Part shown: piece by piece, positions 34,070-44,455 of the stretch
How positions within the stretch are numbered: the stretch's first letter is position 1
Layout: each line of letters starts with the position of its first letter
Assembly: GCA_963847455.1 (NCBI GenBank)
Contig: CAWKAG010000058.1
Coordinates: forward strand, 5,644-69,643
Direction: 5' to 3'
DNA from: an uncultured Acidimicrobiia bacterium
GTDB lineage: Bacteria; Actinomycetota; Acidimicrobiia; Spongiisociales; JAENVV01
Length of the DNA stretch: 64,000 nt
Translations under genes and position numbers: made by a program
The notes under the pieces: generated by a model
What the model was told of the DNA's origin: nothing
The model's database searches: none
Seen by the model: only the letters and a program-made list of their open reading frames with translations

Positions 34070-34382
34070 TAAATTTCCCCTTCATTAAGCCCTACCCCCA
34101 GTGAAGCACCACCGATGGCCTTTTCGACCCTACCAACCACTGAGAGCGAGGGAAAGGGTCGACAGGGGATTTCTATGCACCCGACCGATGACTACTAGAC
34201 ACATGTAAGGACCGAAATATGCCAGGAATCCTTCCAAGAGAGCTGGCGACGCCACTTTCTGTGGGGCATCGGCTCCGTTCGGGCAAATGACTAGTCATCT
34301 AGCGCTTGAAACGAATGAACCTCCAGTTCACCGCCCGACACTGTCGATACATCAGTAGACGACAGATTGCGGGGATAGGGCC

Positions 34383-34559
34383 ATGACTCATCGATTCATC
34401 GTCAGAGATGGCGATCTATTTCAAACCTATGTAGGCGAAGTTGTGCTCTGGGGCCAGGATTCAGTCACGGTATATACGGTCAACGAGGACGAACACGGCC
34501 ATTCACTGGTCTGCTTCCCTTCCGATACCATCGCCCAACACGACGTTCTGGTCTCCTAG
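34383..34559 (+). CDS. Small hypothetical ORF (58 aa) in the low-GC spacer
   Basis: ATG at 34383 to TAG at 34557-34559: MTHRFIVRDGDLFQTYVGEVVLWGQDSVTVYTVNEDEHGHSLVCFPSDTIAQHDVLVS. Below the ORF-track size cut-off, no clear RBS and no family recognised. Confidence 0.25.
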   Translation: MTHRFIVRDGDLFQTYVGEVVLWGQDSVTVYTVNEDEHGHSLVCFPSDTIAQHDVLVS

Positions 34560-34578
34560 GCGAACCCACCAGATGGGA

Positions 34579-35736
34579 TCATCGGTCCCGGGGAAGCATC
34601 CAGATCAGCGGGAGCCCCGCGAACATCGCAATGGCTCCAATCAGCATCGCCGTCGATAAACCAAAGGCGTCGCCGACCGCACCAAAGGCGACCGCAGCAA
34701 TCGACCGGATTGCGAAGTTGATCGACAGGTAGACCCCATTGGCAAGTGCTCTGCTATCGGGGAATTGTTCCTGAACCAGCGCCATCAGCGCCGGGGTAAT
34801 CGCCAGCAGAGTCAGGCCAACGATCGGGAGCAAGGCGATTCTGACCCAACCATCGGCCGCCAAGAACAGGAGAAGCGAAATGGGGGCAGCGACATGACTG
34901 AAGGCCAGCACTGCGCGCCGCCCGACTCGATCACTGATCCAGCCGCCCGAGAAGGCTCCGACCACTCCAGCAGCCTCCACGATGGAAAGCGCCGCGCCGG
35001 CGACCCACAGGCTGCTGCCCTCCTCGGTGAGGAATACCGGCAGAAAAATCGTCGCCGCCATCATCATCATGCTGCGTAGCGCCACCAGAGCTGCAAGTAC
35101 GAGCATCACGCCGCGCATTGCCCGAACCGCAGTTCGCCAATGGACTGGCTCGGTATCACCGCGGCTTCGCAACGGCACGTCACGCAGACGGAAGTGGAGG
35201 ACCACGGACGTCGCAATGCCCGCCAACGCCAGGAAAGCCATCGACCGCAGCGACATCACGGCCAGAGCGCTCACCACCACCAGCGGACCGAGCGTGCGAC
35301 CGAGCTCGCCGCCCACCATCCAATACCCCATGCCACGACCCAACCGGTGGCCAGATAGATAGCCAATCGCAACTGGTGCTGTCGCATGAAAGGCTGCGAC
35401 ACTCACGCCCGCGACCAGCAAGAGCAGGACCAGGACCGGGTAGCCGGGTGCCCAACCCAGCAGGCTCATCGCCGTCGCCGTCACACCAGGTGCCGCCACC
35501 ACGATCCAACGCAAAGCCTTACGGTCAGCCAGATGCCCGATAAAGGCCTGGAGCAACGACGGCAATTGGATGGCCGCCGTCAGCGTCCCCGCCGCCGTAT
35601 TCGACAACGCCATGGTTTCTATGAATCGAGGCAGGAGGGGCGGGAGAAAGGCGGTGAAAGTGTCGTGCACGGCATGCCCACTCGCGATGGTGGCAATCCG
35701 GCCGGCCTCGAACCCGTCCCCGGTCTCTTCAATCAC
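34579..35736 (-). CDS. MFS transporter
   Basis: 385-aa ORF with about 12 TM helices and MFS-type loop motifs (GHLADRKALRW, GWISDRVGRR). Confidence 0.85.
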   Translation of the reverse strand: MIEETGDGFEAGRIATIASGHAVHDTFTAFLPPLLPRFIETMALSNTAAGTLTAAIQLPSLLQAFIGHLADRKALRWIVVAAPGVTATAMSLLGWAPGYPVLVLLLLVAGVSVAAFHATAPVAIGYLSGHRLGRGMGYWMVGGELGRTLGPLVVVSALAVMSLRSMAFLALAGIATSVVLHFRLRDVPLRSRGDTEPVHWRTAVRAMRGVMLVLAALVALRSMMMMAATIFLPVFLTEEGSSLWVAGAALSIVEAAGVVGAFSGGWISDRVGRRAVLAFSHVAAPISLLLFLAADGWVRIALLPIVGLTLLAITPALMALVQEQFPDSRALANGVYLSINFAIRSIAAVAFGAVGDAFGLSTAMLIGAIAMFAGLPLIWMLPRDR

Positions 35737-35837
35737 TGTGGGTTCGACCCCGATGCGCTGACCTCCAGGTGAGATTCCAAGACTTTAGAGAGACCGTTCG
35801 CCGGCAACGATTCTGCCGATCTTCGGAGGCACCATCG

Positions 35838-36954
35838 CTACAACGGCGTGGGTGGGAGTCGGTGGCGTCCTTCCTGGACGCCGATCACGGTGACTCCTGA
35901 GACGACCAAGCCGGCTCCGGCCACCATCGCCAGCGACGCGTATGCCCCGGCATCTGCGAAGCCACCTCCGACGAGTGGGCCAAACGAGCGTCCGACCGCC
36001 ATATATGCCTGGGCGTCACCAGCTCGCTCCGATGGATCGAGCGACCGTTCAGACAGCATCACCATCACCCCTGGGACCGCCATCCAGAACGCGAACCCCC
36101 ACCAGATCATGCCTACGAAATACCACACGGCTGATCCGCCCAGAATCGTGAGGAACGCCGCCGGACCGGTAGTCGCCATCCACCAGCCCGGACGCTTGTG
36201 GCGGGTCGCCAACCGGGCGCCGATCAATCCGGCGAGAGCGTTGAAGCTGTACCCGAACGAGATCGCTCGCGGCGACATGTCGAGCAGAGTTTCAGCGGCG
36301 GTGGCCGTGAAGATGAACAGACTCGAACCGGCCAAAGACAACAGCAAGAGGCTGAACAGCAGCACCGGATTCGACCGGGATCGGCTCACCCGCCCGGCGC
36401 GCGCCGGGGTGCGGATCTCCCCGACTTTCATGATCACCGCCGGAATGGCAATGACCGTCAGGAAGCCCATAGACCCATTGGTCGCCACGATCCGCAAAGA
36501 ACGCCAGGATCGGCGACCCTATGAAGGCGGTCATCGGACCAGCGGCTGAGATGGAAGCCAGAGACCGTCGATCCCCCATCGCTTCGGCCCACACGATCCA
36601 CGTGATGGTCCCGGCGGCCGCCCCGGCGATCAAGCGCAAGCCAATCAACATCCAGAAGATGGACATGAACACGGAGGCGAGGTTGGCGAGCAGGAACACG
36701 ACTGCGGCGATCCGCAGCAGTCGACCGGACGGCGACCGAAACTTCGGAAGTACAAAACTGAAGACGGCAAAGGCCGACACCTGGGCTACGGATATGAGGC
36801 CGGCCGAACCCTCCGAGACTGCATAGCGCTCGGCGATCTCCGGGATGAGGAATGGTGTTGCGGCAAACATCGCAGCCAGGGCCACGGCCGCCGCCACCAC
36901 TGACAGGGGAGCATTGGGCCGGACGGCATAGGCAAGACGGGTTGGCGTAAACAA
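35838..36954 (-). pseudogene. MFS transporter split by a single frame break near 36495
   Basis: ORFs 36292..36954 and 35838..36497 overlap. The first reads ...GPMTAFIGSPILAFFA then turns to nonsense. The second frame continues IVATNGSMGFLTVIAIPAVIM... Together they give about 372 aa with 11-12 TM helices. Confidence 0.7.
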
Positions 36955-37064
36955 GCGACCAGTATGGTCGAGATCCTGTCAACTTCTCGCCTTGTCCGCC
37001 CCGTTCGACGACAACAACCACAGACTTCGGCCATACTTAGAAGCCGTCTTGGAGAGGAGGCCGC

Positions 37065-38009
37065 ATGACCGACACGCGCGTGCTGGAGGCAACCGGGCTC
37101 AAGAAGTCGTTTGGAAACATTCACGCCGTTCGAGGCGTGTCATTTCACATCGGCCTTGGTGAAACCTATGGCCTGCTCGGACCCAACGGGGCTGGCAAAA
37201 CCACTTCGATTTCCATGGTGAGCGGACTACTGCAACGCGATGGGGGCGAGGTCCTTCTCGACGGCCAGTCGATGACGACCACCTCACTCGGTCCGAAACA
37301 AGAAATCGGTCTTGTCCCTCAGGACCTGGCGATTTATCCCGACCTAACGGCGCGAGAGAACTTGCGCTTTTTCGGACAGTTGTATTCGATGCCAAAGACC
37401 GAACTCGTCAAGCGAGTTGACGAAGTCCTGGAAGTCGTGGGACTGGCCGATCGCGCCAACGACCGTGCTTCTGAGTACTCGGGAGGAATGAAACGCCGCC
37501 TCAATATCGGTATCGGCCTACTCCATCGGCCCAAACTATTAGTCCTCGACGAACCAACTGTTGGCGTCGACCCGCAGTCGCGCAACGCCATCCTCGAGTC
37601 CGTTGAACACCTATCGAGCGAGGGCATGGCCGTCCTGTACACGACCCATTACATGGAGGAAGCCGAACGCCTCTGCGACCGGGTAGGGATCATCGACCAG
37701 GGCGAGATCAAAGCTGAAGGCACCCGCCGCCAACTCGTCGAGCTGGTCGGGCAGCAGGATCTGATCCGCATTACCGCCACCGGTGTTCACGAACCAGCCC
37801 TCGACGAACTGCGGCGCCTCAGCGGCGTGCATTCGGTATCACCAGCGGATGGAACACTCGAGATGCTGGTCGCAGATGCCGGGGCGGTCCTGCCAGAAGC
37901 CATGCGAGTCCTCGGAAGCCAGCACGCCGGCGTCACTTCCGTGTCCGTAGAGGAACCCGATTTGGAAGCGGTATTCCTCCACCTCACCGGCAAGGCGCTC
38001 CGAGACTGA
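37065..38009 (+). CDS. ABC transporter ATP-binding protein (DrrA / ABC-2 subfamily)
   Basis: Walker A GPNGAGKTT, signature YSGGMKRRL, Walker B LLVLDEPTVGVD, H-loop TTHYMEEA. Confidence 0.92.
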   Translation: MTDTRVLEATGLKKSFGNIHAVRGVSFHIGLGETYGLLGPNGAGKTTSISMVSGLLQRDGGEVLLDGQSMTTTSLGPKQEIGLVPQDLAIYPDLTARENLRFFGQLYSMPKTELVKRVDEVLEVVGLADRANDRASEYSGGMKRRLNIGIGLLHRPKLLVLDEPTVGVDPQSRNAILESVEHLSSEGMAVLYTTHYMEEAERLCDRVGIIDQGEIKAEGTRRQLVELVGQQDLIRITATGVHEPALDELRRLSGVHSVSPADGTLEMLVADAGAVLPEAMRVLGSQHAGVTSVSVEEPDLEAVFLHLTGKALRD

Positions 38010-38010
38010 C

Positions 38011-39186
38011 ATGCGACATGCATGGACCATCGCCAAGAACGACCTCTCCCTAAGAGCACGGGACCGGTCCATCTACATCATCGGTCTGGCAGCGCCGCTG
38101 GCGCTGGCGTTCATCTTCAATCTCGTCTTCGGCGGCGGCATCAGCGACGTCGGCGAAACCATCACGTTTGAGGTGGGCATCGCCAACGTCGATCAAGGAC
38201 CCATCGCAAGCGCCTTCGAGGATGTGATCGATTCGATCGCAAGCGACGGACTCCTCGTCGTAACCACCTTCGGCTCGGCCGACGCTGCCCGCCGCGCGGC
38301 CGACGACGGAACCGTCGGAGCATCGTTCATCTTGCCGGAAGGCCTGTCGGATGCGGTCCTCGGCGGCGCAGACGCCGCCATCGAAGTCGTCGGGAATGTC
38401 GATGCGCCAACGACCACCCAGGTTGCCTCATCGATCAGCGAACAGTTCGGCATCGGGGTGCGCACCGCCAATCTATCCGTGGCGACCGCCCTGGCGACTG
38501 GGTCTCTGAGCCCGCAAGAAGCGTTCGCAGCGGCTGGCGAGGCGGGCACGGCCGCTCCCGCTATCGCCGTGGGGACAGTCGAAGCCGCCTCCCGCCAGCT
38601 CGACTCAGCTGCCTACTTCGTCGCCGGCTTGTCGATCTTCTTTCTCTTTTTCATCGCCGGAATGTCCATAACGTCGATGCTCGAGGAACGTCGCGAAGGA
38701 ACGCTATCGCGCCTCCTGGCAGCTCCGATCAACCGGCAAGCGATCGTGGCCGGCAAGTCCCTGGCAAGCATCCTTATAGGACTGGCCTCCATGACCGTCC
38801 TCGTGATTGTCTCATCGCTGATCATGGGCGCCGATTGGGGACCGCCGCTGGGTGTCGCCATGCTGATCATCGGCGCGGTCCTTGCAGTAGTGGCACTCAT
38901 GACGGCAGTTGGTTCGTTCGCCAAGACGCCCGAGCAGGCAGGCAACCTTCAATCAATCGTGGCCGTCACCCTCGGAATGCTGGGCGGCACGTTCGTCCCG
39001 ATCGCCCAGGAGGGGTTCCTCGCCAAGCTGGCGCTCATCACACCGAACGCCTGGTTCATTCGGGGGCTGGGTGACCTCGCTGGTGGCGGCATCGGCGCCG
39101 CCCTACCGGCCGTCGCCGTACTGTTGGCCATCGCGTTGGTGGCTGGCTCGATCGGGTTAGTCATCGCCGGAAGGGCGCTGCAGGCT
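38011..39186 (+). CDS. ABC-2 type permease (module 1); runs in-frame without a stop into the next permease
   Basis: N-terminal TM helix, a large extracytoplasmic loop, then 5 TM helices (ABC-2 topology). The expected ATGA junction is present at 39187-39190, but its TGA is in a different frame from module 1. Confidence 0.7.
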
Positions 39187-40349
39187 ATGAGCAAGATTCT
39201 TGCTATTACCCGGGTCAACCTGCTGCGATTCCTGCGCGACCGATCGACCGTCTTCTTTGTGTTCGTCCTTCCGATCGGGATCGTCTTGCTGATAGGCGCA
39301 CAGTTCGGTGGGGACTTCTCACCCCAACTGGGCGTCGACAAGCGGGCGGCGGGACCATCGCCGACGACATCGTCGCCCGCCTCGCTGCCGAGGAGTCGGT
39401 CACGATCGTCGAGTACGAAACCGAGGACGATCTTCTCCTTGCGGTCGAGCGGGGTCGCCTCTCGGCGGGCGTCTCGGTGCCGGCCGGCATGGACGAGCAA
39501 CTCGCGGCGGGTAATCCGGCAAGCGTCGGATTCATTTCCCGGCCCGACGGGGTCGGCCCCCAGCTCCAGGTTGTGGTGTCCGAGGCCGTGGCAGGCGCGG
39601 CAGAACAGATCATGGCCACCCGGTTCGCGGTCAGCAGGGGAGCCGACCCGGCCGAGGCGGCAAGTGCGGCTGCCGTCGTCGCACCAAGCATCCCCGATCT
39701 GACAGTCGAGACGATCGTGGCCGGTGAGTCACTCTTCCCGGCATCGCTCGGCCAATTCGATATCGGCGCATCCAGTCAATTAGTGCTCTTCATGTTCTTG
39801 ACCGGACTAACCGGGTCGGCAGCACTCATCCAGAGTCGCCAACTCGGGATGACCACTCGTATGGCCGGGACACCTACCTCGATCCGAACCATCCTGGCCG
39901 GCGAAGCGTTGGGCCGTTTCGTGATCGTGCTCGTTCAGGGTCTCTACATCATGTTGGCGACGATCCTTATCTTCCAGGTCAACTGGGGTAGCCCGCTTGG
40001 GGCCGCCGCCACCCTGATCGCCTTCTCGGCAGTTGGGGCGAGTGCCGCCATGCTGTTTGGAGCAGTCTTCCGCAACGATCAACAGGCAGGCGGCGTGGCG
40101 ATCGTCGCCGGAATCGGCCTCGCCGCGCTCGGTGGCTCGATGTTGCCGGTCGAACTCTTCAGCGACAGCCTCATCCGTATCGCCCGCTTTACGCCGCACT
40201 ACTGGGCAAACGAGGCGTTCGCCGAACTCGTACGTCGCGACGCCACCGTGGTCGACATCCTCCCCCAACTCGGTGTCATGCTCGTGTTCGCACTCGTTCT
40301 CATGGCCATCGCTTCCTGGCGCATGCGCCAGGTCATCACCCGGGTTTAG
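39187..40349 (+). pseudogene. ABC-2 type permease (module 2) with a frame break near 39350
   Basis: MSKILAITRVNLLRFLRDRSTVFFVFVLPIGIVLLIGAQFGG... becomes Pro/Ser/Arg-rich nonsense after about 39345. The shifted frame reads GTIADDIVARLAAEESVTIVEYETEDDLLLAVERGRLSAGVSVPAGMDEQL and joins ORF 39477..40349, which has typical ABC-2 TM helices. Confidence 0.7.
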
Positions 40350-40499
40350 CGCGCTCCGCCAAGGACACAAACCTCGCCACTCAGGCGGTTCTGGGTACTG
40401 ATTGCCGGCATTCGATCGGCCCTTTCCGGCTCTCGCCGCCGGCCCGGTCGGCGTGGTTGGCTTCGCTAGCCTCCCGGGTTACACGACCGGAGGGGTTGC

Positions 40500-41528
40500 A
40501 TGGCTGGATCTACCCAAATGGACGGCTTGGACGAGTTCCTCCACGATGCCGGTTACACCGGCGTCGTGTTGCTGAGGCGTGGAGACGACGAGATCTTCAC
40601 CGGGGCGTATGGATTGGCTTCACCGCGCTGGGGAATTCCCAACACAATGGACATCCGCTTCGACACGGCTTCGATCACCAAGTTGTTTACAGCCGTTGCC
40701 GTGCTCCAGCTCGTCGGACGGGAAGTGCTCGACCTCGATGCTTCGATCCACGCCTACGTCGACCTGACGGACACAGTGATTCCGCCGGCGGTGACGTTAC
40801 GGCACCTGCTCACCCATACGAGCGGGATCGCCGATGATGCCGATGAAGAAGCCGGCGAGGATTATGCGGATCTGTGGATCGACAAACCGAACTATTCAGT
40901 TACCAAGACCCGTGACTTCTTGCCGCAGTGCACCGCCGATCCGCCACACTTCCCGCCGGGAGAAGGCTATCGCTACTGCAACTGCGCCTTCATCCTCGCC
41001 GGTCTGGCAGTCGAGCATGCGGCGGGGACCTCGTTTCGCGAGTACGTCATCGAACACGTCTTCAAGGCCCCCGACATGGTGCGTTCGGGCTTCTTCGACA
41101 AGCGGGACCCCGAGCCAGACGTGGCGGAGGGCTTCGACCCGCGGCCCGACGGCCGGCTCGAGTCGAACATATTCAAATACCCACCGATCGGATCTCCCGA
41201 CGGCGGGGCGCATGTCACCGCCGGCGACCTGATTCGTTTTATCGACGCACTCCGCGGCGGCGTGCTGTTGACGCCGGAACTGACCGAAGCGTTCTTCACC
41301 CCACAGCTGATCTTGGATGACGGCGCCGGGCAGGGCTTCGGGCTTGAGTTCAGGCAAGACACGTGGTGGAAGGAAGGTATCAACGCCGGCGTCAGCGGTG
41401 TGCTCAAGCACTGGGGAGAAGCAGACGGGCCAGGGGTCGACGGTGTCGTGCTCTCGAACACCGAGGCGGGCGCCTGGCCGGTTCTTAAGGAACTCGACCG
41501 TCGCGCCGGCTTGACCCGAACGGGTTGA
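40500..41528 (+). CDS. Serine hydrolase, beta-lactamase/transpeptidase-like (class C / esterase family)
   Basis: 342-aa ORF with the SxxK motif (FDTASITKLFTAVAV) and a downstream YCNCAF (Y-x-N-like) motif. GGAGGGG RBS upstream. Confidence 0.85.
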   Translation: MAGSTQMDGLDEFLHDAGYTGVVLLRRGDDEIFTGAYGLASPRWGIPNTMDIRFDTASITKLFTAVAVLQLVGREVLDLDASIHAYVDLTDTVIPPAVTLRHLLTHTSGIADDADEEAGEDYADLWIDKPNYSVTKTRDFLPQCTADPPHFPPGEGYRYCNCAFILAGLAVEHAAGTSFREYVIEHVFKAPDMVRSGFFDKRDPEPDVAEGFDPRPDGRLESNIFKYPPIGSPDGGAHVTAGDLIRFIDALRGGVLLTPELTEAFFTPQLILDDGAGQGFGLEFRQDTWWKEGINAGVSGVLKHWGEADGPGVDGVVLSNTEAGAWPVLKELDRRAGLTRTG

Positions 41529-41588
41529 GGTGAACTTTGGGCCCGGAGCCGACAAAGACTTGGCGCGTCTTCAACCGAAATTGGTCGT

Positions 41589-42041
41589 TTAGCGCTTGCT
41601 GGACTCTCGTCTAGTGCGGGAGCCGACCAGACCCGTGGCGACGACGCCGCCGATGACGGCTCCAACCACCATGAGACTCGCCGCATAAGGAGCCCACCAG
41701 CCCCAGGGCACCGCAATGATGCCGGGGATCGCCCCCACCACCACCCCAACAGCGGTTTGCCAAACGAGTCGCGGGGCCAGACGGGCGCCGATACGGTATC
41801 CGACGTAAGGCCCGGTGATGAGGAGCAATCCACCAATCATCTGTGCCGTGAAAGCGGCGTCACTGCCAGGCGAACAGGTATGCCAGTAGCGGTCGCAATT
41901 TTGTGCTTGGCTCGTGGCGAGGATGAGCCCGGCCGGAATGAGCATCAAAAGGCTACCCACAAAGCCGCCCGCCATTGGTGACATTCCACCTAGTCCGTGA
42001 CCGGTGGGCGGCGAGGGCCGATCCGCCCGCAAGCGCGTCAT
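41589..42041 (-). CDS. Hypothetical integral membrane protein
   Basis: 150-aa ORF with 4 predicted TM helices. Its start overlaps the stop of the upstream GH32 gene (42038-42041). Confidence 0.5.
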   Translation of the reverse strand: MTRLRADRPSPPTGHGLGGMSPMAGGFVGSLLMLIPAGLILATSQAQNCDRYWHTCSPGSDAAFTAQMIGGLLLITGPYVGYRIGARLAPRLVWQTAVGVVVGAIPGIIAVPWGWWAPYAASLMVVGAVIGGVVATGLVGSRTRRESSKR

Positions 42042-43492
42042 CTCGGAGTCTCTATCCCGTACACCCGGAGCGACTCGAAGAACACTGTCCCCTCGTCTGT
42101 CTCAATCCCAAGACCGGTGCTGTCCGGAGACGGGAAAATCTGTTCCGTGATGGCCACGATCCCGCCTCCGGCAAAGACCTCCACCGATGTGGTGTCGACC
42201 AGGACCCGCAGATCCAAAATGTGATCGGCCAGATCGAGAGCGGCCAGGCGAGGCCCCGTGTAGCTGCGGTGGATGAGATGGCGCCCGCTGCGAAACCGAT
42301 CGACCGATAGAGCAGGGCTCCCGAGGTCGAGCACAATCTCGGTTGATTCCCCTGGACCGGTGCGCACGGCCAGGCGCAGCCGCTTAGCGGTGGACCGCTG
42401 TAGATCGATCGCGGCAACAATGTCGAGGGCCGACCCTTGAACGGTGGCCAAGGGATTGGAATCCCCGGTTGCCTTCAACGCCTCGAAGTCGACCAAAGGC
42501 ACACGGTGAGCCTCCAGCTCCGCGACGGGTTGCTGCGTCAGTCGTATGCCGTCGGCGGTGTCGATCAAACCCAGCTCTCGGGGCACGGTCATGGCGCCAC
42601 GCCACCCTTCCGTCGGTGTGTCCCTGGCGTAGCCCCAGTTGTTCATCCACCCAATCCAAACCTTGCGATCATCGGGGGCCGAGTTCCAACTCTGGGCCGC
42701 ATAGAAGTCGGCGCCGTGGTCAGCCCAATGAACCGCTGTGTGCGCCTGAATGAACTTGCGTCCGTCGAAGTCGCCAACCCAGTATCGGGTGCCGTACAGA
42801 GCGGGCAGGTCGCCGGAATCCACCCCCACCGCCATGACCCATCGGCGCTCACCCGTATTGGCAACAGACAGTTGTGTCAGGTCAGGACACTCCCACACCC
42901 TGGCCGAGCCGGGATCAGGATCGAAGGTCGAGGCATATTCCCAGTCGATCAGATCGTTAGAGGTATAGACCCAGACGCTGACACCGACCGCGAGGAGCAT
43001 CACCCAATGGCCAGTAGCTTCGCCGTGCCACCACAAGATACGGGGATCCCTGAAGTCAGGCACCCCCTCCGGCTGTTTGACCACCGGGTTCCCTGCGTAC
43101 TTGGCGAACGTATGGCCTCCATCGAGCGAGAACGCCAGACTCTGGCTTTCCACTCCTTCTTCAAGGTGATGGGTGAACGCCGCCACCAACGCGCCAGCGC
43201 CAAACCCGGCGGTGTTGTCGACGTCGATGACCGCCGACCCGGAGAATATCCACCCGAGATCATCGGGAGCAAGTGCAATTGGCCGATGCTCCCACACGAC
43301 CAAATCGCGGCTGGAGGCGTGGCCCCAGTGCGGTGGACCAAACATGTTCTCAAACGGGTGGTGTTGGTAAAAGAGGTGATACTCACCGTCCAGAAACACG
43401 AGCCCATTCGGGTCGTTTAGCCAGTTAACCGGAGCGGTGAAGTGAAACTTTGGCCGGGCCGTGGCGGCTTGCTCAGACGGTTGGTCAATCAT
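42038..43492 (-). CDS. Glycoside hydrolase family 32 (beta-fructofuranosidase / sucrose-6-phosphate hydrolase / levanase type)
   Basis: WLNDPNGLVFLDGEYHLFYQHHP, FRDPRILW and VWECPDL correspond to the three GH32 catalytic motifs (WMNDPNG, RDP, EC). Confidence 0.9.
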   Translation of the reverse strand: MIDQPSEQAATARPKFHFTAPVNWLNDPNGLVFLDGEYHLFYQHHPFENMFGPPHWGHASSRDLVVWEHRPIALAPDDLGWIFSGSAVIDVDNTAGFGAGALVAAFTHHLEEGVESQSLAFSLDGGHTFAKYAGNPVVKQPEGVPDFRDPRILWWHGEATGHWVMLLAVGVSVWVYTSNDLIDWEYASTFDPDPGSARVWECPDLTQLSVANTGERRWVMAVGVDSGDLPALYGTRYWVGDFDGRKFIQAHTAVHWADHGADFYAAQSWNSAPDDRKVWIGWMNNWGYARDTPTEGWRGAMTVPRELGLIDTADGIRLTQQPVAELEAHRVPLVDFEALKATGDSNPLATVQGSALDIVAAIDLQRSTAKRLRLAVRTGPGESTEIVLDLGSPALSVDRFRSGRHLIHRSYTGPRLAALDLADHILDLRVLVDTTSVEVFAGGGIVAITEQIFPSPDSTGLGIETDEGTVFFESLRVYGIETPR

Positions 43493-44454
43493 CAGACCGG
43501 CTCAGCCAAATATCGCCCCACGGTGTCGAACAGCGCCGGGGCGGCCTGCTTGAGTGGAATCGGGTCTGAGATCCGACCGGCGAAGCCACCGCGTCCATCG
43601 TCCAACTCGAACCCGAGAACCATCCACTGGCCTTCACGGTTCTTGACGGCGCGGGCCGAGTAGATATCCGGTGTGTCCAAAGCGACTGCCCCGGAAGCAT
43701 CACAAGGGACCGAGCCATTCAGCTCAAGGAAATAGCATCGATCATCGGGGCCGGAGATCGCCCGACGATCGGACGAGAGTTGATCCCTCCCGCAAGAAAA
43801 CAAGAGGACATCTCGTTCGTTGATGCTGGCTCGTTGGGGAACTTCCATATGACCGAAGCCGGCAGGGCGAGTTAAGGGCAGCCCAACCGTCCAGGACACG
43901 AGGTCGGCGGAGGTGGCACGCCCTATCACACCCCGAGAAAACGCGGGACCGCTTCTGGAGCGGGCGGTTATCAACATCTCGTAGCCGCCGTCGACCTGAT
44001 ATACCCACGGGTCACGCCAGGCCTGATCATGCCAGGCATCAAGATCAAGGGTCTCATACCACCGGTCGTCGGTCTCGAGTAGCGGATTGTGGGGGTGCTT
44101 CGTCCACGTGGCCAAATCCTCGGAGTATGCGACGCCAATTCGCTGCACCAAACCGTCGTCGCCATGCGAGGCGCCCGTATAGAACATCCACCACCGGTCG
44201 CCAGCGCGAATAACGGAACCGGTCCACGTCGCCAGATCGTCCCACTCGCCAGCTTCGCCCGGTTCGAGAGCCATTCCCACCTCTGTCCAATTAACGAGGT
44301 CCGCGGACACAGCGTGCCCAACGGTGGCGTTGCGGTGACGTAGATCGGGATCGTCGAGCGACCGCGGGGCTTGGAGAAAGAACAGGTGATAGTCACCTCT
44401 CTCCTTGGCTATCCAGAAATCCCAGACCCATCGGTCATTGAGTTCGAAAGCCAA
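43492..44454 (-). CDS. Clan GH-J (GH32/GH68-like) five-bladed beta-propeller glycosidase
   Basis: WVWDFWIA, WTGSV and WRDPWV motifs. The track ORF starts at 44523 and overlaps the upstream permease by 68 nt. The TTG at 44454 follows an AAGGGG RBS and removes the overlap. Confidence 0.75.
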   Translation of the reverse strand: MAFELNDRWVWDFWIAKERGDYHLFFLQAPRSLDDPDLRHRNATVGHAVSADLVNWTEVGMALEPGEAGEWDDLATWTGSVIRAGDRWWMFYTGASHGDDGLVQRIGVAYSEDLATWTKHPHNPLLETDDRWYETLDLDAWHDQAWRDPWVYQVDGGYEMLITARSRSGPAFSRGVIGRATSADLVSWTVGLPLTRPAGFGHMEVPQRASINERDVLLFSCGRDQLSSDRRAISGPDDRCYFLELNGSVPCDASGAVALDTPDIYSARAVKNREGQWMVLGFELDDGRGGFAGRISDPIPLKQAAPALFDTVGRYLAEPV

Positions 44455-44455
44455 C

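Noticed and set aside
34070-34300. c-di-GMP (GEMM) or other riboswitch in the leader of the giant surface-protein gene
   Set aside because: I read the minus-strand leader and found no GEMM-I/II-like conserved cores (for example GGCAAACC...GGGACGCAAAGCC). This cannot be excluded without a covariance-model scan.
39360-39702. Tail of the 563-aa ORF 38011..39702 as genuine protein
   Set aside because: The Pro/Ser/Arg-rich sequence lacks TM character. The adjacent frame encodes the expected ABC-2 permease loop and joins ORF 39477..40349.
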